64,000 nucleotides of DNA, from NCBI GenBank assembly GCA_043736515.1, contig JAYTCK010000013.1, positions 12,214-76,213 on the forward strand, read 5' to 3'. Source of the DNA: a bacterium. GTDB lineage: Bacteria > Patescibacteriota > Minisyncoccia > Phycocordibacterales > UBA6899. Below, in pieces: positions 9,662 through 17,913 of this stretch (position 1 is its first letter; each line of letters begins with the position of its first letter). The notes under the pieces were generated by a model that saw only the letters and a program-made list of their open reading frames with translations, did not search any database and was not told where the DNA came from. The translations under genes and the position numbers were made by a program.

Positions 9662-10078
9662 CTACGGTACGGTTGCCCACGAGCGAATCTCTAGCAAGGG
9701 ATTTACTTGTGCAATATCCACGCGCACATTTCGGACATAGTTGTTATGGATGCCTTGTGTTGTAATAACACGATCAACATTCCCCGAACCCGAAAGAGGC
9801 AGAATTCTGCATGTTTCCCCTCCACCTACTATTATAGTCTCATTACCGATATAGGCTAAATCGGCTTTCAGTCGCATCAATGCCTCCTCGGCACACGCAT
9901 CGCTCAAGAACAGCGCCCTAAGGGAGGATTCTTCCCCAGAAACTGCATTGAGCGTATCGATGCCGCGGAGTGACGATCCAACGCCAATAAGAAGCATCAG
10001 TGCGCCTGCAATAAGCACGCTGATAAGTGCAATATAGCCACCGTGTAATTCTGATCTTTTTTGTGTAAAAAGTAGCAT
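9662..10078 (-). CDS. Minor pilin-like protein
   Basis: Hydrophobic N-terminal helix GGYIALISVLIAGALMLLIGVG. Operon context. Confidence 0.45.
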   Translation of the reverse strand: MLLFTQKRSELHGGYIALISVLIAGALMLLIGVGSSLRGIDTLNAVSGEESSLRALFLSDACAEEALMRLKADLAYIGNETIIVGGGETCRILPLSGSGNVDRVITTQGIHNNYVRNVRVDIAQVNPLLEIRSWATVP

Positions 10079-10081
10079 ATT

Positions 10082-10597
10082 TTATCGTGTATTACCCAGC
10101 AGCAGCGTTGTCGTAAAAGTTTCAGAAAACTGGAAAGGACGCCACACCCCCGTTGTGCTCGCCGAAAGCAACAACGTCACACGCACCCCAGTCGACGTGC
10201 TCATTGTCCCAACTGAGGAAAAAACGATATCGTCAACACGCACAAGAGGGGGTGTTATAGCAACGGAAGGGCTCGTTCCCAATGTGCGAAAAAGCGTTCC
10301 ATTTACCAGCGTAATCCTCCCTGCCCCGACACTGGGACTCAGTGTCTCAAGTGCCGATGACGTTGCAGAGACTCCCGGGGTGGTAATCGCATTGCTTACA
10401 TTTACAAGCTCTGACAATGTGCCGAATACTTTTGTTGCAGTAGCGAATACATCTCCAATTGCTCTCCCTTTTGTCTTTGCGTCCATGACACTCATACTCA
10501 CGGAGCCAACCCCAATAAGAAGCACAACAACAATGGCAATATAGAGAATCATCTCGATCAATGTCGTGCCTCGGCTTTTGTTTATAGAGACTCTCAT
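10082..10597 (-). CDS. Prepilin-type pseudopilin
   Basis: RGTTLIEMILYIAIVVVLLIGV: G/T cleavage site with Glu +5. Confidence 0.7.
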   Translation of the reverse strand: MRVSINKSRGTTLIEMILYIAIVVVLLIGVGSVSMSVMDAKTKGRAIGDVFATATKVFGTLSELVNVSNAITTPGVSATSSALETLSPSVGAGRITLVNGTLFRTLGTSPSVAITPPLVRVDDIVFSSVGTMSTSTGVRVTLLLSASTTGVWRPFQFSETFTTTLLLGNTR

Positions 10598-10600
10598 GAG

Positions 10601-13402
10601 TTAATTATACGTTATTGAAACATCTGTTAGTGCAGGTGTCGTTATTCCATCTCCCACAAGTTTCGCGCGGTACTGTATCCACTCAAGACCATCAGCAAGT
10701 GGGTCCGGTGTGATGATGCTTCCTGAAACAGGAAATGTCCCTCCTCGGATACCGCCCGATCCAACCCACGCAGCGTTTATAAGTCCAGCTTCTGTGGCAG
10801 AAGTACGCACCTGTACTGTTGTTGTTCCTGTTCCTGATTGAGTCCAATCAATACTGCCCCACACAACTCCCGTACTCCCCACATCAAATGCAGATGACGT
10901 GAGCCACCCCTCCCGAGCAAATAATGAAGAAACTGCAGATGGTGCCACAATAGCAAATTCCCGATTATTATCCGCGGAGGAAAGATACGCATAAACCCCA
11001 TCCGTAGCAACACCACTTACAACACCCCCAAATAGGAGCGTCCCGATTCGCTGTGGTACTCCCGGATTTATTGTGTTGAGAATAGTGAAGCCTGCTCCTG
11101 ACTGGTTGTTTCCGACAAACACAAGACTGCCCAATGCGCGAACGGAATTATTGTCTGCACCAAGATCCAAGGAACTCGTGAATGTAATTGCGCCGGAAAG
11201 CACATTGAACGCAAAGAGGAAAAGATCACTAGCGGCCCCATTGTTTTGGGTCCCCAGTACAACATGAGTATTGTTTACATAAGTAATACTGAGTGCATCT
11301 GTGGTGCCGGTTGTGTTATACGATTGCACTTCAGTGAGAATCCCCGGTATGTTCCTATTGAGTATCATCAACTCCTTTGCATCATTCGCTGTCGCAACAC
11401 CAATGTATCCTCCGCGAAGAAACACAAGGCCGTTTACATTTGCACCCACTTCAAATGCAGCCGAAAGCGTCGGCAGAGAGGGGTTTGCTACATCAAGGAG
11501 GTGCACTTCGCGACCACCTCCCGCCGTATTATTCCTCGTACCAAGAGCGAGTGTGGTGCCCGACACCGCAACGGTCGCTCCATCAAGACTCCCGAGACTA
11601 TTATACACACCGACTATTGTGGGATTATTGGGATCAGCAATATTCACCACAATAAGTTCGCGATTGTTGTCGCTCGTTGCCAAGTAAGCATAGGGACCGG
11701 AAACCGCAATCGCGTTTACGTCGGCACCAATTTCTAATGAACGAATAAATTGGGGGAGTGCGGGGTCAATTATATTAATGACCGAAAACTCTGCGCTACT
11801 TCCGCTCACAAGTGTTCCCACGTATGCATAATTTCCGCTTACTGCCATTCCTACTCCGTCGGCAGCACTAGTCAAATTCACACTGCTTCGCAGGAGTGGT
11901 ACCTCCCATTCACCACTCCCTCCTTTGAGGACGACAAGTTCCGGATTGTTATTGGCAAGACCGACATATATATACGGTCCAATCGGTAGTAGGGTGTTTG
12001 CCCCTGCACCTTGTGTGACATCGTATATAGCGGGGGCGAGGAAGGATGGGAGAGCAAACGCAATAACCTCACTATTTCCTAGCGGAGTTGCAGCATACAG
12101 ACGAGCATCAGAACCAAGTGCAAGTTTGTGAACCGCCACTGATACATCTGCACCATCGCTTATCGCGAGTACCCCGAGAGGATTTGCTACATCCACACGC
12201 ACAACCTCCTGTGCTGTGGATTGGTTTCGTGCGATGTAGAGCTCAGTCCCACCTAGCACAAAGGACCTCACATCTGCACCGCCAGGGAGATCGAGCGAAT
12301 TTGCTGTGCCAAAATCACTTGTACGCACAACCAAAAGTTCAATTGCATCCGAGGTTCCCATAAATAGGTATGGTTCATAAAGTGCAAGTGCATTCACTCT
12401 TCCCGGATAATTTGCGGTACGCACAGTCGGAACTCCTCCTGTGGGATTTGCAATGTTGAATTCGTACAATTCAAAACTTGTTGAATTGGCACGGCCGAGA
12501 TAGAGCGTTGTTCCTGTTGCAACAAGCGAGAGCGCGTCGGCTCCACCAGCAAGGTTGAGTGCTTGTACCTCTCCCAGGTCGGAACGACGAAGCACGACAA
12601 GTTCGCGTGTATCACTGTCTGTTGCAAGGTAGATATAGTTTCCTGACACGAGAACGGCATTCACTGTCGCACCGATATCCACGCTTCCGAGCACTGAAAG
12701 CGTGCCCCGTCCGGCATCAGCGAGGTCGAGGGCCGTAAACGGTTTAGTAGAAGCGGCAGAGGATGCAAGATACAGAACACCATCTGCTTCTGCCATTGCC
12801 GAAAGTGTTCCGATATCCGGCATATCATAAGTAAGAAACTCGCTGGGTTTTACCCAATCACCGCGGGGAGAGAGGAGTACTGCACCATCGCCATCGTTAC
12901 CCACCCTCACACCATTTAATTTTCCTCCTTCAAAATCTGCGACGGTGGTATGCGTCCACCGCGAGCCGTACAGTTGGTGGAGAAATGTTTGCGTTTCAAC
13001 TTTTCCCACTGTCCCAATTCGCGAGGGCCACTCGACCGTCACCCGGGCGAGCAATTTTCCAATGCCGGACGAAGAAATGGTAACGGTGCGTGTGAACTTG
13101 TCCGTAATATCCGGTGTGGGAGTAAGCTGCCAATTTGATCCCGAAAGTGCGAGACCATGAGTACCCGCGGTAAGCAGTGAGTAGTTTTCCGATCTTATGC
13201 TCCGTAGTGCGCCAATACTTTCCTGTGCGACAAGTGTGGCACGAAAGCGCTCCACCGCATCACTCGTCATAAGCATTCCTGAAAGACCGATGGTGCCGAG
13301 TGACGCAACGAAGAGCGTAAAGATTGCAATCGCAAGGAGTACCTCAACGAGGCTTATTCCACGATTGTAATGTTTCTTTAATTTATCAGTAGTCAGTATC
13401 AT
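10601..13402 (-). CDS. Giant (933-aa) prepilin-type protein, candidate pilus tip adhesin. It has an N-terminal pilin helix followed by multiple LVIVD-type beta-propeller repeats
   Basis: N-terminus NRGISLVEVLLAIAIFTLFVA. Repeats such as YAYLATSDNNRELIVVNIADPNNPTIVGVYN, REVHLLDVANPSLPTLSAAFE, GNYIYLATDSDTRELVVLRRSDLG. Confidence 0.7.
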   Translation of the reverse strand: MILTTDKLKKHYNRGISLVEVLLAIAIFTLFVASLGTIGLSGMLMTSDAVERFRATLVAQESIGALRSIRSENYSLLTAGTHGLALSGSNWQLTPTPDITDKFTRTVTISSSGIGKLLARVTVEWPSRIGTVGKVETQTFLHQLYGSRWTHTTVADFEGGKLNGVRVGNDGDGAVLLSPRGDWVKPSEFLTYDMPDIGTLSAMAEADGVLYLASSAASTKPFTALDLADAGRGTLSVLGSVDIGATVNAVLVSGNYIYLATDSDTRELVVLRRSDLGEVQALNLAGGADALSLVATGTTLYLGRANSTSFELYEFNIANPTGGVPTVRTANYPGRVNALALYEPYLFMGTSDAIELLVVRTSDFGTANSLDLPGGADVRSFVLGGTELYIARNQSTAQEVVRVDVANPLGVLAISDGADVSVAVHKLALGSDARLYAATPLGNSEVIAFALPSFLAPAIYDVTQGAGANTLLPIGPYIYVGLANNNPELVVLKGGSGEWEVPLLRSSVNLTSAADGVGMAVSGNYAYVGTLVSGSSAEFSVINIIDPALPQFIRSLEIGADVNAIAVSGPYAYLATSDNNRELIVVNIADPNNPTIVGVYNSLGSLDGATVAVSGTTLALGTRNNTAGGGREVHLLDVANPSLPTLSAAFEVGANVNGLVFLRGGYIGVATANDAKELMILNRNIPGILTEVQSYNTTGTTDALSITYVNNTHVVLGTQNNGAASDLFLFAFNVLSGAITFTSSLDLGADNNSVRALGSLVFVGNNQSGAGFTILNTINPGVPQRIGTLLFGGVVSGVATDGVYAYLSSADNNREFAIVAPSAVSSLFAREGWLTSSAFDVGSTGVVWGSIDWTQSGTGTTTVQVRTSATEAGLINAAWVGSGGIRGGTFPVSGSIITPDPLADGLEWIQYRAKLVGDGITTPALTDVSITYN

Positions 13403-13408
13403 TGAATA

Positions 13409-13858
13409 TCAATTTTGCGTAATTATTCCAGCGTCATTAACCTGGATTTTATGAGTTCTTTCATAGAGCATAATGGTAATCGTTCCTGTCGCAGTAGGTA
13501 TTCCTGATACTCGAGCAAAAATAATTTCGTCTTCCTCGCTATTAATATTTGTGCCCGCGGGAAGTGGGAACATCTCGTCACGTGAAACAAGACGCGTACT
13601 ATGGGTATCACCCTGAAAAAGCACATAGCTCGTCGGTAAGAGTTTCACTCCATGTGCACTCCCCTCCATTCCCAATCGAGCCCTTGATTCTGCGTTGCGA
13701 AGCGCACTCAATATGCCAGTTGTGGTTTCATCGGCAACTTGAAACTGATAGAAACGAAATCCTACAGGAAGAGCGAGCGCAAGCAATGCCGTGCCCAGGG
13801 AAAGTACGAGAAGTATTTCGATTATTGAAAAGCCTTTTTGGGGTGATTGTAACCGCAT
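13409..13858 (-). CDS. Prepilin-type minor pilin, FimT/GspH-like
   Basis: QKGFSIIEILLVLSLGTALLALAL: G/F cleavage site with Glu +5. Confidence 0.7.
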   Translation of the reverse strand: MRLQSPQKGFSIIEILLVLSLGTALLALALPVGFRFYQFQVADETTTGILSALRNAESRARLGMEGSAHGVKLLPTSYVLFQGDTHSTRLVSRDEMFPLPAGTNINSEEDEIIFARVSGIPTATGTITIMLYERTHKIQVNDAGIITQN

Positions 13859-13902
13859 AACTTAAACTAAACCAAATAAGATTGTCCTATTGTCTCCTTG
13901 CG

Positions 13903-15033
13903 TTATCTTCCTGCACTCGATGTAAACTGGTAGATCGGCATAATGATTGCGATTGCAATAAAGGCGACCATAACACCCATGACAAGGAGAAGTACCGGCT
14001 CAATAACCGTAGGTAAGCGCTTCGTCATGGTATACACCTCTTTGCGATAGTATTCGGTAAGATACCCAAAGGTTTCGTCGAGCGTACCGCTTTTTTCTCC
14101 GACTGCAAGAATGCTCGTGAAGTCGCGCGGAAAAAGCTTGGGGTATCCTTTAAGTGCGGAGGCGAGGGTGGTCCCTCGTTGCACTTGCTTGCTGACGTCA
14201 ACGATGGCCTCCCTGTAGCGCAAGTTTGTTGCACCTTCTGCCGTTACATCGAGAATTTCATAGATTGAAAGCCCACCGTGAAAAAGCGTGGTGAAGAGTT
14301 GTCCTACAAGCGTCAGCTGATACTCACGGAGCATGCGTCCAACAAAAGGAATTCGGAGATACATACCGTGAAGCACACGCCGTACTGGAAGCAAACGATT
14401 CAGAAAAATAACAAGTACGGCAATGGCAGCGCAGAGTAGTGCGATGATAAACCATGACTCTTGAATCGTATTGGTGATCCAGAGGAGAATGCGTGTCGGA
14501 AGTGGGAGCTCCCCTTTCATTTGAGAAAAAACGGGAAGCAGTCGCGGGAGCACTAAAAGCGAGAGTCCACTCGATACTCCAATGGTCGCGACGAATACGA
14601 TGGCGGGGTAGAGCATTGCACCATGTACTTCCCTTTTAATGTCCGCATTGTGCTCAAGCCAATCAGCCAAAAAATTGAGGTTCTCATCAAGTGTTCCCGA
14701 GGCCTCACCTGCTTTAACTACCGAAATCATGACGTCTCCAAATACTCGGCGATGCTTTGCGAGCGCGTCAGTAAGTGTGACGCCAGACTCAACGTCATTT
14801 TTCATTTTGAGCAAAATCTTGGAAAGCCGTGGCGTGGCGGTGCTGGAAAGCTCCTCGAGAGACTCGTTGATCGTCATTCCACTCTTCAGCATGAGTGAAA
14901 GATTTTTAGAAAAGTGCACCAATTCTGCGGTTCCTATGCCGAACATATCTCTATAGTATACAGCATCCTGAATAAAGCATGGAACATAAAAAGTTCCAAA
15001 ATAAGCTGCCGGAAAAATCGTGGGGGGCACCAT
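13903..15033 (-). CDS. pilC: Type IV pilus inner-membrane platform protein PilC (GspF family)
   Basis: Two GspF-type domains and three TM segments. The ORF-track version extends to 15276 and would overlap the RT gene. An internal Met (MVPPTIF...) at 15033 is the likely start. Confidence 0.85.
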   Translation of the reverse strand: MVPPTIFPAAYFGTFYVPCFIQDAVYYRDMFGIGTAELVHFSKNLSLMLKSGMTINESLEELSSTATPRLSKILLKMKNDVESGVTLTDALAKHRRVFGDVMISVVKAGEASGTLDENLNFLADWLEHNADIKREVHGAMLYPAIVFVATIGVSSGLSLLVLPRLLPVFSQMKGELPLPTRILLWITNTIQESWFIIALLCAAIAVLVIFLNRLLPVRRVLHGMYLRIPFVGRMLREYQLTLVGQLFTTLFHGGLSIYEILDVTAEGATNLRYREAIVDVSKQVQRGTTLASALKGYPKLFPRDFTSILAVGEKSGTLDETFGYLTEYYRKEVYTMTKRLPTVIEPVLLLVMGVMVAFIAIAIIMPIYQFTSSAGR

Positions 15034-15101
15034 GCTCCTAATAAGAGAAACCGCTGAGCGTCTGTTGCCCACGTCTACTGCTAACCGTGCTGCGTACGAG
15101 C

Positions 15102-16097
15102 TTAAAACTCCCAAAAAGAAAGAATCTGCTGCTTTAAGCCATGAGCATTCCCATGACTCAAGAGTCCAAGATAGGAATTGATTGTTTCTGCCTTGCCTTT
15201 TTTTGCTCTGATCCCCCGAAGCATTCTTTTCTTCGTCGCTGTTCGCAGTACACGATGATCGGGAAAATGCACCCACCCAAGAAAGTCCACGCCGGATGCG
15301 AATGCCCGAAGCGACACCTTGTTGGGATGAAGTTCCAATTTCAACATTTCCCCCAAAAACTCTTCAATGCGTGGTAGCAGAGTTTCAAGCAGACTTTTGT
15401 CTTCCGAAAAAAAGACAAAATCATCCGCATAACGAATATAATATTTTGCTTTGAGTGTATGCTTTACAAATTGATCAAATTCGTTCATGTAGATATTCAC
15501 CAAGAGTTGGGAGGTCAGATTACCGAGTGGAAGACCCTTCCCGGGTGCGGTGCTCTCAAAGCTTTCAATCACACGCAGAAGCAACCAAAGAATATCTTGG
15601 TTCGTAATATATTTTTTAAAAATACTCATCAATATCTCCTGATCAATCGAAGCAAAAAATTTGCGAATATCACACTTCAGCACCCAGCATGTCCGTGTGT
15701 GATTCTGAGAGACTTTGTATCCAAGAGCACGGAACCGATCAATTGCTCTGTGTGTCCCCTTTCCTTCACGACAGGAATACGAGTCTGCGATAAACATGCG
15801 ATCAAAGTAGGGATAGAGAATGCGGTAGATGGCATGATGTAGCAATCGGTCGCGCACTGAAGCTTTGTGGATATTGCGCGGTTTGGGGTCGGAGATATTG
15901 AAGGCGTAATATTCACCATGGCGATAGGTCTTCCCTTTCAGATCGGCATGCAAACAAAAAACGTGGTCTGACAATTGATACTGAAATTCCTGCACATCAC
16001 TCTTTTTTCTCTTTCCCTTTAAGAATCCTCTCCACGCCGCGAGCAAATTTTCCACAGAAATGATATCCTCATATGTATGAATGAACTGAATACCCAT
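15102..16097 (-). CDS. Diversity-generating retroelement (DGR) reverse transcriptase
   Basis: YADDFVFF catalytic box. The DGR-specific LGNLTSQ motif replaces the canonical QGxxxSP. N-terminus ENLLAAWRGFLKGKRKK. ORF track starts at TTG 16133. ATG 16097 is more likely. Confidence 0.85.
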   Translation of the reverse strand: MGIQFIHTYEDIISVENLLAAWRGFLKGKRKKSDVQEFQYQLSDHVFCLHADLKGKTYRHGEYYAFNISDPKPRNIHKASVRDRLLHHAIYRILYPYFDRMFIADSYSCREGKGTHRAIDRFRALGYKVSQNHTRTCWVLKCDIRKFFASIDQEILMSIFKKYITNQDILWLLLRVIESFESTAPGKGLPLGNLTSQLLVNIYMNEFDQFVKHTLKAKYYIRYADDFVFFSEDKSLLETLLPRIEEFLGEMLKLELHPNKVSLRAFASGVDFLGWVHFPDHRVLRTATKKRMLRGIRAKKGKAETINSYLGLLSHGNAHGLKQQILSFWEF

Positions 16098-16110
16098 ACA
16101 CCAAAGGTTA

Positions 16111-16120
16111 CCCCCCCCCC
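16111..16120. repeat. Homopolymeric C10/G10 tract between the divergent avd and RT starts
   Basis: ACCCCCCCCCCG on the + strand, 13 nt upstream of RT ATG 16097 on the minus strand. Confidence 0.8.
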
Positions 16121-16154
16121 GAGCATTTTGCAACCCAAACTCATCCCAGTTGTT

Positions 16155-16508
16155 TTGAAATTAAAAGACACTTACGGAGTGTGGCAAAACTATCTCAACC
16201 ACTTTCCCAAGGCCAATCGTTTTACCCTTGGATCAAAAATTGACGACGTATTTCTTGGAGCAATTGAGTATTGCTTTCTAGCAAGTTACGCATCCGCCGG
16301 TGACAAACTCATATTTATCGACAAAGCGATATCGCGGGTCGATCTCATAAAATTGCTTTTGCAACTCGCGTGGGATATTCAGGCGCTTGATACGAAAAAA
16401 TATGTTCACCTATCGGAATATTTAGCGGAGAGCGGAAAGATGCTGGGTGGATGGCGACGACAAATTGCAAACAAAACTCCCGAGACTATTGCTCGGGAGA
16501 AATTATAA
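16155..16508 (+). CDS. avd: Avd-like accessory variability determinant (four-helix-bundle DGR protein)
   Basis: About 117 aa from a TTG start (the ORF track extends to ATG 16077, which would overlap the RT start). C-terminal GKMLGGW motif typical of bAvd. Lies between RT and TR, but on the opposite strand to RT, TR and target. Confidence 0.55.
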   Translation: MKLKDTYGVWQNYLNHFPKANRFTLGSKIDDVFLGAIEYCFLASYASAGDKLIFIDKAISRVDLIKLLLQLAWDIQALDTKKYVHLSEYLAESGKMLGGWRRQIANKTPETIAREKL

Positions 16509-16513
16509 GAGTA

Positions 16514-16642
16514 GCGAACCCCAAGGAAACGGTAGTTGCCATTCCAGTCATCGTTCCGCCAGTTGAGGTTGAGGTTGCGCTTCGAGCCATTCCTGTACAG
16601 ATACGGTACGTTCCGATTGCCGTTCACCTTCGCGACCGAACC
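16514..16642 (-). repeat. DGR template repeat (TR), 129 bp
   Basis: Identical to VR 16990-17118 except at 15 positions. All 15 are T on the + strand (A on the coding/minus strand) in TR, against C/A/G in VR. Read in frame, the TR encodes Asn (AAC) at the variable positions. Confidence 0.85.
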
Positions 16643-16903
16643 CTGTGCAGTAGGTCATCCTCACCACCACCCCTTGAACTTTCACAGACGGCGCCATCCG
16701 CGAATACATTCTCGAGATTGTATCGTATTTGTGATCTTTTTATCACCAATCCTACTGCGCCAACTTTTTCAATTTTTTAACAATCTTATGCAACTCTCCC
16801 TGCAATCGTAACCGCAAGAATTCTCGGCATAAGCGTTGCGGACAAATTATTCACAGCCGTAACCGTGAATTTTTCATTTATCATGATTACTATATCAAAA
16901 AAA

Positions 16904-16926
16904 GTCCCGCACGAAACGTGCGGGAC
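16904..16926. promoter_or_regulatory. GC-rich hairpin downstream of VR (DGR hairpin/cruciform-like element)
   Basis: GTCCCGCAC-GAAAC-GTGCGGGAC, perfect 9-bp stem, about 50 nt 3' of the target-gene stop. Confidence 0.6.
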
Positions 16927-16974
16927 AAGGGTCCAAGGTACAAAGGGTCAAAGTGCGGACCCAAGGAGCGAGAG

Positions 16975-17571
16975 TCAGAGTGCGGAGTTGCGAACCCCAA
17001 GGAAACGGTAGTCGCCAAACCAGTCAGCGTCCCGCCAGCCGAGGCTGAGGTCGCGCTCCGAGCCATCCCTGCACAGATACGGTACGTCCCGACTGCCGTC
17101 CACCTTCGCGACCGAACCGAGAGCAACGATCGGGAACTTACGTTGCTCTTCGGGGTTTGCAGCGGCGGAGGCGAGCAAGTGTTCGATCTTCCCGGGTTGA
17201 TAGCCCTCGGCGATAATCAGGCGTTCGGCTTCGTCCGCTGAGACGACACGATCGAAGTGGAAAAGCTTGCGCTCGACCACCACGATACCAGAGCCGACGA
17301 CGGAAAAGCGTTTGGTGGTGATGTCGCTGTTGGTCCAGTCGTAGCGTCCGGCGGCGATCATTTGTTCGAGGGTGAGGGCGTAGTTGATGGCGAGGCGGGT
17401 GCCGCCACTCACTTCTTGTGGCGGATTGAGTCCCGCAAGGAACTTCTTCACATGCGTGAGGATATTCCCCTCCGAGAGACTCTTGACGTCGGCCGGAGTC
17501 CAGCCGTTACGCTCGAGTGCGTGATCAAGCTCCGCTGCTTGACGGGAAGACATAACAAACTTGTCGCTCAT
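16975..17571 (-). CDS. DGR target protein (198 aa) with a C-terminal variable repeat (VR 16990-17118)
   Basis: C-terminus ...DVPYLCRDGSERDLSLGWRDADWFGDYRFLGVRNSAL is encoded by the VR. Only 4 codons follow the VR before the stop. Confidence 0.8.
   Translation of the reverse strand: MSDKFVMSSRQAAELDHALERNGWTPADVKSLSEGNILTHVKKFLAGLNPPQEVSGGTRLAINYALTLEQMIAAGRYDWTNSDITTKRFSVVGSGIVVVERKLFHFDRVVSADEAERLIIAEGYQPGKIEHLLASAAANPEEQRKFPIVALGSVAKVDGSRDVPYLCRDGSERDLSLGWRDADWFGDYRFLGVRNSAL
16990..17118 (-). repeat. DGR variable repeat (VR)
   Basis: See the TR entry. Adenine-specific TR/VR mismatch pattern. Confidence 0.85.
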
Positions 17572-17913
17572 GACATGTTCCTTTCAAAAGTGACTTGTTT
17601 CAAAAACCTGTCACACGCCATTGGGCTCCCGAATATCGGGTTTGCCATAGCCAGAAAATGCTTATTTTTAAGTACCTTATGGCTATGGCAAACTTGGTTC
17701 AACTATCAGGCAATCTCAAAAAATTCTGCTTAGAGTATACACCCAAAACCTAAAACTGTCAAGTTCGGAAAGAGTTACGTTGGTGTGTATGTTAAAAAAT
17801 AATATTTGCTTAGAAGCACAAACTCCAACGCTCACTCTTAGAAGCGAGTCCAGCTCCACTTTTGATTGGCCGCAGGCTTCTACAGACCAAAAGTGGGGCT
17901 GGGCGAGCGGACG

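Noticed and set aside
16406-16627. 73-aa minus-strand ORF rich in Asn
   Set aside because: It is simply the DGR template repeat read in the VR frame, where AAC codons give Asn. It is not an independent gene.
16918-17241. 107-aa plus-strand ORF
   Set aside because: It is antisense to the DGR target gene and its VR. No support.
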